NCBI GenBank assembly: GCA_045656225.1
Contig: JAZOQU010000022.1
Span: 4,732-68,731 of the forward strand
Reading direction: 5' to 3'
Origin: Kiritimatiellia bacterium
Lineage (GTDB): Bacteria > Verrucomicrobiota > Kiritimatiellia > RFP12 > UBA1067
Length of the DNA stretch: 64,000 nt
Shown one piece after another: positions 50,320 through 58,659 of the stretch (its first letter is position 1; every line of letters starts with the position of its first letter). Both the position numbers and the translations under genes were made by a program. The notes below the pieces were generated by a model. That model saw only the letters and a program-made list of their open reading frames with translations. It was not told where the DNA came from and made no database searches.

Positions 50320-50606
50320 AACTTACTTTGTGAGACTGCCGCGAATAATGGCAAATCAGTTTCTGAATCAACAAGTTCTATATTCTCGTTGTTCTCTCCA
50401 TAGAACTCAAATTTATGCTCGCGGCGAGAAATGCAAACGCCGCGTTTTTTCAATTCAACTGCAAACCACCGCCGTAATGACTGCGGCGTTGCTGCGAATT
50501 CATCAATAGAATCGAAATCTTCCCAACCGACATTTCCGTCAGCATCAGAAAATGGCTTGATTTTTAAAAGTTCATAGGTCATATTGACAGGACTTTTCAT
50601 TGACAT
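50316..50606 (-). CDS. Hypothetical protein (96 aa), first gene of the ASCH–JAB/GmrSD operon
   Basis: ATGA overlap with the downstream ASCH–RadC gene. No recognisable motif. Confidence 0.4.
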   Translation of the reverse strand: MSMKSPVNMTYELLKIKPFSDADGNVGWEDFDSIDEFAATPQSLRRWFAVELKKRGVCISRREHKFEFYGENNENIELVDSETDLPLFAAVSQSKL

Positions 50607-50780
50607 TCTGTTTTGATGCTATTCATCTCAGTTGTATAATTATCCTTACATAATTGGTATTCACAACGGAAGAAATCACTAGCACCATCATCATTCGTAT
50701 TCTTCATGAAGTGATAATTTTCCCCATGTCGTAAGCAAGATTAATCAACAGTTCTGTCGCCTTCACATAACAACACTTCA

Positions 50781-51779
50781 TTATCCCTTGAAAACATATT
50801 GACGATGATATTCCATGTATTTCTCTCTTTCATCATCTAATGGAAGTGCTTGAATATACGAACCCGTCTTGATATTACATTTAGCTTGGTTTGTGGGAGA
50901 TATCCAATTGGAGACTAACATACACTTCTTTTCATCAAAGGAAATAAACCCCTGATCAAACAAACGGTCATAAAGCGGAGATAATATGAATCCGTTTTTA
51001 GGATCAAATGCTTCATCGTCTTCTGATACAGAATATGGTTTTATATGACTCGCAACCAATAGTCTTTCATCAGAAATCTTGGTTATTGGACAATAGGGAC
51101 ACTCTTCCAAAAGTTTATCTCGATATCTCTTTTGGGCAACCGCATCACGATTACTTGTTTTTACAGATGTTTGTATCTCTTTCTCCTGTTTAGCGGCATT
51201 GTTATCACTAACAGAAGCTGTACCTTTCCCATAAGTAAACACTTGTGGAGTTAGCCCTCTTTGTTTTAATGCATCGAAATCCACGAAAAGTTTCCAGTAA
51301 TAACGAATCATCCCTTTGGGATCAGATAATCTCATAATAGAGATATAACTTATCAATGGAAGAGAAAGGGTTCTAAAAAGCTTGTATGCAAGATCATTGG
51401 AATTGATATATCCACGAGGTCCCGCAATTTGTGTTTGGACATGTACTTTAAATTCAATAATATCAGGCATCTTCAACAACGACCGAACACGCTCTTCCCA
51501 CAATTCGGGCATTTTGGATTTGCCTGCATAATTTTGAGTGGGGAACTTGTATTCCTTCTCGGCTGTCTGCATGTATTTCAATAAATCACTTTTCAAGAAA
51601 AAGCAATCTATAGTAGACGCGCCAAGAACGAACGAATGTAAATCAGATTTTGATCCGAAGTAGAATTTAGCCTCTCCGTTCCCTGTACCAAGTTTATTAG
51701 GTCCAAGAACATTGCAATCTGGAACTGTCAGAATGCGTGAGACATCTTGAAATTTATAAGTCTTTCCATCAATTCTCAT
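50781..51779 (-). CDS. HNH_2-type (His-Me finger) endonuclease, putative restriction enzyme partner of the adjacent methyltransferase
   Basis: C-terminal CPYCPITKISDERLLVASHIKPYS...NGFILSPLYDRLFDQGFISF, an ASHIKP...N...H-type HNH_2 core. 4-bp overlap with the methyltransferase stop. Confidence 0.6.
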   Translation of the reverse strand: MRIDGKTYKFQDVSRILTVPDCNVLGPNKLGTGNGEAKFYFGSKSDLHSFVLGASTIDCFFLKSDLLKYMQTAEKEYKFPTQNYAGKSKMPELWEERVRSLLKMPDIIEFKVHVQTQIAGPRGYINSNDLAYKLFRTLSLPLISYISIMRLSDPKGMIRYYWKLFVDFDALKQRGLTPQVFTYGKGTASVSDNNAAKQEKEIQTSVKTSNRDAVAQKRYRDKLLEECPYCPITKISDERLLVASHIKPYSVSEDDEAFDPKNGFILSPLYDRLFDQGFISFDEKKCMLVSNWISPTNQAKCNIKTGSYIQALPLDDEREKYMEYHRQYVFKG

Positions 51780-53848
51780 TTCTCGACCTCCTCCTTAAAC
51801 AATTCGGGAATAACATTTTTGATAGAGTCAAGTATCGCAACAAGCACATCAACGACAATAGCATTTCCTGCTTGCTGATACATTGGAGTGTCCGGAACAA
51901 CAATTTTAAAAGTATCGCTAAATCCCATCAGCCTGAGACATTCTCTCGGCGCTAATTTTCTAATTCTACCTTCCCTAGTTATGTAATTATCAACACCAGC
52001 TCTGTGCATTTTATGCATAGAGGTTAACAAAGGTCTTGCTATCTCCAAGTCAGTTTTGGGTCGAGAATAAAAGGTTTTAGTTCCTGTAGAAAGAACGTAC
52101 TTTCTCACCTTTTCAGAGAGAAAATATTTTTCAAGTTCAGGCATTCCAAAGCTCTTGGCAGTCTCTTCATCAACGAAAACAAAATCTCCGTGCCAATTAA
52201 ATTGCTGATTCTTCTTTTGACATAGCTGAACCTTGCCGTCAACTTGTGTATACCGCTTTGTAAGATTTCCCTCATCAAGAACAAATCGAACACCTTTTTC
52301 TGGAAGATAGTATTTACCTGGAACGACATCAAGTAAATAATCTTGCATCGTCGTTTTTAGTTTCTTCGGTGCTGGAAATTTGAAGCTTCCACCGATTTTT
52401 AAATCCTTACGAAACCCAACAACAAAAACACGTTCCCTATTTTGTGGTATTCCATAATCCTTAGAATTTAACACTTGATAATGCCAGTCATAACCTAAAT
52501 CTGTAAAAATCTTTGAAATAGTAGCCCATGTTTTTCCACCATCATTACTCAACAGTGCACGAACATTTTCATATATGAAACATTTTGGCTTAATTTCTGA
52601 TACTAAACGAGCATACTCATAAAACAATGTGCCACGAGTATCAGATAATCCCATCTGCTTGCCTACAAGACTAAACGATTGGCATGGGCTTCCTCCAACA
52701 AAGAGATCGACTTCATTTTTGTATGGCGCCCCCTCAAGAAATGTAACATTCCAATGAAATCTATCATCTGTAACCGGGTAATTCGCCATATATGATTGGC
52801 GAACCTTATTTCGAGGAAGCATTGGTCGATAAAGCATATCGACTAACTTCTTTCTTTCTTGCCAATCCTTTTCCGATTCCCAACCAACTCTAAATTTGTA
52901 AAATCCAATTGCTTCATGAAGCATTTGAACGCGGTCTTTTAACTCACGCTCAGGTCGCTTACTCATAGCTGGCGCACCGTCTAACAATGCCTGAATATTA
53001 TTGCGCTGATTTACAATCAACTCATAGGCCTGTTGAAGGCTTTCGCTGTTTGGCTTTAACTCGTCAATGCGCTCGCATAATTCCTTAAACGCCGCCACAC
53101 ATTCAGACCATTCTTTAGCACCACAAACAAAAGGAGTTTGGTCGCCATTATCACAAGCAAAAACAATTTCATGAGCGACATGAGTACGCAACAATGCTTG
53201 TTCAATAGCTCCTATCCCGCTAAAAACTGTCGCTAGTCTTAATTTTTCGCCTTTGGCTGATAACGCTTGTGCAACAACAGGCATTAAGCCATCGAAGAAA
53301 TCCAACTGTACTGGATTAAACGTTGTAGCTGAATGCCATTTCTTGAAATATGGTTTTAGTTTGTCAAAGATGTACGGCATTGACTTTCCGCCAGTTTTGG
53401 GGTAGGGCTTAGCGTAAAATGCCGCGTCAATCTTTACATTAGGACAACGCTGTGACGAAACAAAAACGTCTGCCGCGGAATCAGAAAGTGTCGCGGCAAA
53501 AGAAACCTTCTCTCCAAGTTCATATAGCGCGTATGCTGAACCATGCGCTTTATCTGCCGCGGCAACTTTATAACCATTTTCTTTGAGCCACGCGGCATCT
53601 ACAACTTCACGAAACTTTGCTTCGTAAGCTAAAGGAGTAAATCCATCAGCGATTAGAACGATTCGTGATATATTTTCATGAAACGCAACTTTCCCACAAG
53701 GCGGCAATGGAAGATTATAGAACTTCTTCTCCTTAATCCATTCCGCATTTTCCTTGCGAAAAGTCCCAACAAGAACAGCTGTATTAGCTTTATTTTCCCT
53801 TTTCTTTCCCATCTTCAATTCACTTTCTTTATCGCTCATATCATCCAC
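51776..53848 (-). CDS. DNA (cytosine-5)-methyltransferase with a ~200-aa N-terminal extension and a ~100-aa insertion between motifs I and IV
   Basis: Motif I ATVFSGIGA, IV GGSPCQSFS, VI ENVRALL, VIII QNRERVF, IX RKLAPRECLRLMGF, X GNAIVV. The likely true start is MSDKESELK at 53839, with AGGTGG 5 nt upstream. Confidence 0.85.
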   Translation of the reverse strand: MDDMSDKESELKMGKKRENKANTAVLVGTFRKENAEWIKEKKFYNLPLPPCGKVAFHENISRIVLIADGFTPLAYEAKFREVVDAAWLKENGYKVAAADKAHGSAYALYELGEKVSFAATLSDSAADVFVSSQRCPNVKIDAAFYAKPYPKTGGKSMPYIFDKLKPYFKKWHSATTFNPVQLDFFDGLMPVVAQALSAKGEKLRLATVFSGIGAIEQALLRTHVAHEIVFACDNGDQTPFVCGAKEWSECVAAFKELCERIDELKPNSESLQQAYELIVNQRNNIQALLDGAPAMSKRPERELKDRVQMLHEAIGFYKFRVGWESEKDWQERKKLVDMLYRPMLPRNKVRQSYMANYPVTDDRFHWNVTFLEGAPYKNEVDLFVGGSPCQSFSLVGKQMGLSDTRGTLFYEYARLVSEIKPKCFIYENVRALLSNDGGKTWATISKIFTDLGYDWHYQVLNSKDYGIPQNRERVFVVGFRKDLKIGGSFKFPAPKKLKTTMQDYLLDVVPGKYYLPEKGVRFVLDEGNLTKRYTQVDGKVQLCQKKNQQFNWHGDFVFVDEETAKSFGMPELEKYFLSEKVRKYVLSTGTKTFYSRPKTDLEIARPLLTSMHKMHRAGVDNYITREGRIRKLAPRECLRLMGFSDTFKIVVPDTPMYQQAGNAIVVDVLVAILDSIKNVIPELFKEEVEK
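53802..53841. repeat. 40-bp perfect direct repeat (copy 1) covering the methyltransferase start codon
   Basis: tttctttcccatcttcaattcactttctttatcgctcata is identical to 54965..55004 and encodes MSDKESELKMGKK on the minus strand. Confidence 0.85.
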
Positions 53849-53866
53849 CTATCATGCGCCCTGCCA

Positions 53867-55003
53867 TCAGTCGCATTTCCCTTTCTCAGAAAGACGATTT
53901 CGTGCAGCCTCTATCGCCAAACGGAACTTCGCCTCCAGCACCTTCTTCGGCGGCAATTCCGTCATATATGACGCGACCCTTATATTGCTACGCCCCAACT
54001 CCAACAATTCAACATGTTCCTCGTTCTTCCCAGCGCACAAAATTAATCCGATTGGCTTGTTTTCACCTTTGCACATCTCATTCTTCTCAAGCCATTTCAA
54101 ATACAACTCCATCTGACCTTTGTACTCAGCTTTAAAAGTATCTATTTTGAGGTCGATAGCCACAAGCCTGCGAAGACGCCTGTGGAAAAACAATAAATCA
54201 AGATAATAATCTTCGTTGTCCACGCTGATACGCTTCTGTTCTGCAAGAAACGCCATATCACCACCAAGCTCAAGTATAGCGTTCCTCATGTCTGCAACAA
54301 GAGCCTTCTCAAGTTCCTTCTCCGAAAAATTGCCGCGCAGCCCAAGAAAATCTAAAACATACGGATCTCGAAAGGCAAGGTCGGCAGACATCTTGCCTTC
54401 TTCACGCAGTGCTTCCAAATCCTTTTTTATAACTGCCTTAGGCTTTTTTGCTATTGCTGTACGTTCATACATCATCGAAGCGATGCGTCCTTGCAATGTA
54501 CGCGTCCCCCAATGTTCCGTTGCGCACATTTCAAGGTAGAACTGCCTCTTAAGAGAATCTGAAATGTAAGAGAGCGTCTTGATGTGCGTCCACGACAATT
54601 GTCTCCGCAATGCGGAGAGAATCTCATCCTCGCCGAAAGTCTCCGCGGCGCGGAGACAATGCCTCAACGTCTTCTCATCCCATCCACCCCCATGAAAAAG
54701 CATAAGACGAGATGCCAACCCCTTGACAACCTTCTTACCATACTCAGCGCGACCGCAACCGAGAATTTCTCTATTAATGCAGTTGCCAACATTCCAATTC
54801 AATTTGGTCAACTCAGTATTAACTCCAACAGCCACGCGCTCCCTTGCCGCTGTTATCAATGATGATATTTCGTTGAAGAGCCTGGTAATCGCATCATCTA
54901 CAAAATTGACACCTGATGATGATTGTCCTAAAACATCATTTTTCTCTTTAACTTCAGAACTCTTTTTCTTTCCCATCTTCAATTCACTTTCTTTATCGCT
55001 CAT
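53867..55003 (-). CDS. YhcG/DUF1016-family PDDEXK nuclease-like protein
   Basis: YhcG-like N-terminal motifs (LSWTHIKTL) and a C-terminal PDDEXK-like core (VAIDLKIDTFKAEYKGQMELYLKWL). Start set to MSDKESELK (55003); the track's 55048 start crosses the upstream HTH gene. Confidence 0.6.
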   Translation of the reverse strand: MSDKESELKMGKKKSSEVKEKNDVLGQSSSGVNFVDDAITRLFNEISSLITAARERVAVGVNTELTKLNWNVGNCINREILGCGRAEYGKKVVKGLASRLMLFHGGGWDEKTLRHCLRAAETFGEDEILSALRRQLSWTHIKTLSYISDSLKRQFYLEMCATEHWGTRTLQGRIASMMYERTAIAKKPKAVIKKDLEALREEGKMSADLAFRDPYVLDFLGLRGNFSEKELEKALVADMRNAILELGGDMAFLAEQKRISVDNEDYYLDLLFFHRRLRRLVAIDLKIDTFKAEYKGQMELYLKWLEKNEMCKGENKPIGLILCAGKNEEHVELLELGRSNIRVASYMTELPPKKVLEAKFRLAIEAARNRLSEKGKCD

Positions 55004-55004
55004 A
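54965..55004. repeat. 40-bp perfect direct repeat (copy 2) covering the YhcG-like start codon
   Basis: See copy 1. Confidence 0.85.
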
Positions 55005-55013
55005 GTCTTCGCC

Positions 55014-55217
55014 TCATTCATGCACAACGTCCATAATATCGCCAACATTGCAATTTAGCACCTTGCATATTCTCGTCATCAGATCAAACGAGATATACTC
55101 ATCTTTAGATAACTTTGCAAAGGTAGACGAAGACGCGCCGACAGCTATTCGCAGATCTGTCCGCGTCATTTCTTTATCTATAAGAAGCTTCCACAATTTC
55201 TTATACGAAACACCCAT
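55014..55217 (-). CDS. Small HTH (XRE-like) DNA-binding protein, candidate R–M controller (C-protein-like)
   Basis: 67 aa from MGVSYKKLWKLLIDKEMTRTDLRIAVGASSSTFAKLSK. AGGAG RBS 7 nt upstream. Extended -10 element TGgTATAAT about 35 bp upstream. Confidence 0.55.
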   Translation of the reverse strand: MGVSYKKLWKLLIDKEMTRTDLRIAVGASSSTFAKLSKDEYISFDLMTRICKVLNCNVGDIMDVVHE

Positions 55218-55344
55218 ACCATCTCCTAATTGACGTGTAATATTATACCAAATCACATCCTAAACATACAAATATAACCTTTGACTTTTCAAAGGTGGAC
55301 AGATATGAAAAAACTGCATTTTATACCTTATTTCATACCCAAAC

Positions 55345-55400
55345 AGTGCGCATCTCTCACTTGAAAAGTGCGCACTTCTCGACCAAGAGGTGCACACTTC
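55345..55400. promoter_or_regulatory. Three direct repeats (a)GTGCGCAcTTC phased at 22 bp
   Basis: agtgcgcatctc at 55345, agtgcgcacttc at 55367, ggtgcacacttc at 55389. They lie between small ORF copy 1 and the HTH promoter. Confidence 0.6.
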
Positions 55401-55457
55401 TTTTCTTGGAGCTTACGACACCCCATCAACCGCTTTGCGCAATCGCCGCTTGTCGGA

Positions 55458-55619
55458 TTACGCTTTCAGCAGCGCAAGAATACCGCATAAAATGATTATC
55501 CCGAGAAACCACACAACACACTCGAGGCACGACTGCGTGCCGTCGCATGAATCATCCGGTCCGGAAGGCATCCTTAAGCCTCTCTCAAACTCCTCTTTAA
55601 ATTTTTCCCATCTAGTCAT
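55458..55619 (-). CDS. Small tail-anchored Cys-rich membrane protein (53 aa), copy 1; below the ORF-track size cutoff
   Basis: MTRWEKFKEEFERGLRMPSGPDDSCDGTQSCLECVVWFLGIIILCGILALLKA, with RBS AAGGTGA 4 nt upstream. Lies inside a ~180-bp repeat (55444..55627). Confidence 0.45.
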   Translation of the reverse strand: MTRWEKFKEEFERGLRMPSGPDDSCDGTQSCLECVVWFLGIIILCGILALLKA

Positions 55620-55758
55620 AATCACCTTTTATCATAAAATATAAACCACACCTACCCCAATCCTGTTAATCCTGTCAAAAAAACTTTATCCACAAATCTG
55701 CACATATCGACACAAATCAATTTGTGGAAATTTGTGACGATTTGTGGACTCCAACTCC

Positions 55759-56160
55759 CTACCCGAACAACTTCTCAACCAGCTCTCTATCCGCAGGACA
55801 AAAATCAATATCGCGCATTTGATCTACCGTTACCCAGCGAATCTCCTGATGTTCCAATGCTTGCGGCACAGCCCCATTTTTCGGATTACATTCGATCAAT
55901 GTAAGACGAATTGTCTTTTCGGGATATTCATGCACAACAGAATCGATAATTCGCTCGTTTTCAATCTCTAGCGCCAGCTCTTCAAGACACTCTCGCTTAA
56001 GCGCCTTTTCAGAAGTTTCGCCAGGCTCGATCTTCCCACCCATAAACTCCCATAATCCACCCTGCGACTTATGCGCCGGCCGCTGCCCGATAAGATACTT
56101 ATCACCATCTTTGATGATGGCTCCAACAACCTCTATCACATTATCATTATACATTTTCAA
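55759..56160 (-). CDS. NUDIX hydrolase (MutT-like)
   Basis: Nudix box GGKIEPGETSEKALKRECLEELAL. Confidence 0.8.
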   Translation of the reverse strand: MKMYNDNVIEVVGAIIKDGDKYLIGQRPAHKSQGGLWEFMGGKIEPGETSEKALKRECLEELALEIENERIIDSVVHEYPEKTIRLTLIECNPKNGAVPQALEHQEIRWVTVDQMRDIDFCPADRELVEKLFG

Positions 56161-56182
56161 TTATCGCAAAACTTTTTTGTTA

Positions 56183-56917
56183 TTATAACGCATCTATCGC
56201 ATCCCGAGCAGTCGCATTTCTTCGCGCATCAATTCGCTTAGCTTTTTCAGCATCCAACTCAGCCTGCTCTTTTTTTGCCTGCGCATATCCCAAAGAATCA
56301 ACTAGAGAAACAGAACTATTACCATAACTACCAAGAACAGAAATCCTCCTTATTCTATCTCGGTACGTTCCATCCAATTCACACCTAAAAACCATATTAG
56401 ATTTCTTTACCATTTCCGCATCGAATTTCTTCTCAATTGCTTTCTTGGCTAAAATCGGCAATTCGTTGACTTCTGAAGATTTCGGCAACGGAAATGCGTC
56501 TTGCATCGCTTTATCCTTGATCAAAAACTTACTAGTTATAGCGCACGCCACAATCTTATAGACAAGATGCGTTTTCGGGGTTACACACACGTAATAAACG
56601 TTATAGCCGAGAAATTGTTTTTCAGGAATAAAATAAATCTTCGATTCCGCTGACAAATCAGATGGAACATCCTCTATTTTTTCCGCAATTTTCTTACCGA
56701 AAAGTCCGTTAAATTGATTATACAACCGATTCGATATTAATGAATTTTTAGACTGAGAAGCTCTTTGTCCACCCCTATTTTCTGATATACGCTGGCTTCT
56801 TCTTGTCAGTTTTGGGCTATCCATTGTATAAGAACTAGCCCTTACATCAAAGCAACATATGGACATAGAAGTTATGATAGTTGATAAGATCAATGTTCTT
56901 ATATAATCAACCTTCAT
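56183..56917 (-). CDS. Hypothetical secreted protein (244 aa), AT-rich gene
   Basis: Signal-peptide-like N-terminus. Upstream promoter with TGgTATAAT extended -10 at about 57075. Confidence 0.45.
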   Translation of the reverse strand: MKVDYIRTLILSTIITSMSICCFDVRASSYTMDSPKLTRRSQRISENRGGQRASQSKNSLISNRLYNQFNGLFGKKIAEKIEDVPSDLSAESKIYFIPEKQFLGYNVYYVCVTPKTHLVYKIVACAITSKFLIKDKAMQDAFPLPKSSEVNELPILAKKAIEKKFDAEMVKKSNMVFRCELDGTYRDRIRRISVLGSYGNSSVSLVDSLGYAQAKKEQAELDAEKAKRIDARRNATARDAIDAL

Positions 56918-57126
56918 TTTTATTCTAACCTTTTTTATTATTGCGCTATTTCTGCCGATTATGATAATTTTCCAGATTTCCGTATTAGGAGCGTTAATGC
57001 GCTTTTTAGTTCTCTACGCGAGCTCCTTTCCACGCGGCAACAAGGCATTTCACCGCCTCGTCTATATGCCAATATTATACCAAATCCCATACCCCAAAAA
57101 AACACTTTGATAATAGCTATTCTCTC

Positions 57127-57148
57127 CTTCACATATTGCAATATGTGA
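57127..57148. promoter_or_regulatory. 22-bp perfect palindrome ttcacatattgcaatatgtgaa upstream of the 56183..56917 promoter
   Basis: Read directly. About 40–60 bp upstream of the extended -10 element. Confidence 0.6.
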
Positions 57149-57292
57149 AATAAACCTCGATGAACAGCCCCTCGGCTATTCTGAGACAGGATCAACAGGA
57201 TTGGAATTGCAGTATTTTCAACCACGAAATACACGAAAACTAACGGGGACAATCCCCTCGGCAATTACCCAGAATAATGGTTTATTTTACTT

Positions 57293-58615
57293 TCACGCCT
57301 TGCAATCTAAACACCCTAAAACGCGCATTGATTCGTTGCGCGCGTCAACGAGATAGATTTTATATGTATCTCCCCCTGGCGCGACCTTAACGACAACATG
57401 CACACCAAAACGCGTCGCCTCAGGTATGCCGCTAAAACGCCCTTCCTTTTCAAATCTCGTCTTGCGCGAGATCGGATAAATAGTCGGTATGACAATCGGC
57501 AGCTTATCGTTATGCATTTCACGCGACATCATACGCGAAAGCGTTTCTGGCGCTACTTGTCCCGGGCACCAAATGCACGAGATGTAATTCTGCGCCTGGA
57601 CGGCGCGAACAAAACCCTCGCTCATTGCGTCCGCACATCCGTGATGATTCGCCTTGCATACGCTGACACGCCCAGCGAGACGCCCAACAACTCCTTCATA
57701 ATCGACAGACGACCCATCCTCGCGTTTCAAGACTCCGCTCAAATCGCCGCCGGCGAAGTACCCAAACTTGCCGTAACGCACAACAAAAGCGAGAGAACGG
57801 ACATTTTCATTGACGACATCTCCGCCAGTAGCCTTCTCGTGAGCGGACAAATAATCGCAGGATCCTTTTTCGCCATCCCAGGCGACACCGTTCGCGCACA
57901 GATTGCGAACGGAAAAAACACCTCTGAACCTGGAAGCGTCGTTCCGCAACATCTCAATCTGATTCAATGCACCAATTTTGAAAGGCTCGACGACAAGCCC
58001 TTTCTTCGATTCGCGCTCGAACCAAGGCTTCACGGCAGCGCTGAAGCTCAGCCAATCGTTAGACTTAAACTGTCCCTGTCTGGGATACTGATGATCAAAA
58101 TACCGCCTGAACGAAAAATCCTGCGCCACGCTCACTATGCCATTTCCGGAAAGTCCATCCGGATATTTGCGATAGCGAAAGTGAGCTCCGGGAGTTTTTT
58201 CACGATCAATGGGGCCCGTCCCGGTATGGTCGGCATGCCAATGCGAAAAAACGAGATAATCAATCGTCTTCTCGGGATAAACGCGCTGAATATACCGACT
58301 GACCCATTCTCCCCCAATCCTGTCTGAAGACGGGAGAAGCGGAATTTCACCCAAATCGCGCGGACGGTAAAAATCACCTACATCATTCAGCATCGAAGTT
58401 CCGTCGGGGAATCGGTAAAAACAGTTCTCGCCGCAACCCGTATAAATAAAATGGAGTTCCAGCTCACCAGGTTTCCACTCCGGCAAAACAGATCCCGTTT
58501 CCGGCGATTCAACAGCTCGAGCGAGCCATGGAGGCAAAGTCCCGCATGCCATTGCAACTCCGGCGAACGACGTTTTCAAAAATTCTCTTCTGTTCATAAT
58601 ATTTCTTCTCTCCAA
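57293..58615 (-). CDS. TAT-exported MBL-fold metallo-hydrolase
   Basis: Twin-arginine signal NRREFLKTSFAG and metallo-beta-lactamase motif HWHADHTG. Confidence 0.75.
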   Translation of the reverse strand: MERRNIMNRREFLKTSFAGVAMACGTLPPWLARAVESPETGSVLPEWKPGELELHFIYTGCGENCFYRFPDGTSMLNDVGDFYRPRDLGEIPLLPSSDRIGGEWVSRYIQRVYPEKTIDYLVFSHWHADHTGTGPIDREKTPGAHFRYRKYPDGLSGNGIVSVAQDFSFRRYFDHQYPRQGQFKSNDWLSFSAAVKPWFERESKKGLVVEPFKIGALNQIEMLRNDASRFRGVFSVRNLCANGVAWDGEKGSCDYLSAHEKATGGDVVNENVRSLAFVVRYGKFGYFAGGDLSGVLKREDGSSVDYEGVVGRLAGRVSVCKANHHGCADAMSEGFVRAVQAQNYISCIWCPGQVAPETLSRMMSREMHNDKLPIVIPTIYPISRKTRFEKEGRFSGIPEATRFGVHVVVKVAPGGDTYKIYLVDARNESMRVLGCLDCKA

Positions 58616-58659
58616 ATCTTCTAATCTCCAAGCAACGAAAGTATCAGCCGCTTGTCGGA

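Noticed and set aside
51776-53848. Treating the methyltransferase N-terminal 200 aa as a separate gene
   Set aside because: There is no internal stop or frameshift and the frame is continuous from MSDKESELK through motif I. A single ORF is the simplest reading.
56959-57264. 101-aa minus-strand ORF
   Set aside because: It spans the promoter, palindrome and extended -10 of the downstream gene. It has no RBS, odd composition and no motifs, so it is more likely non-coding regulatory DNA.
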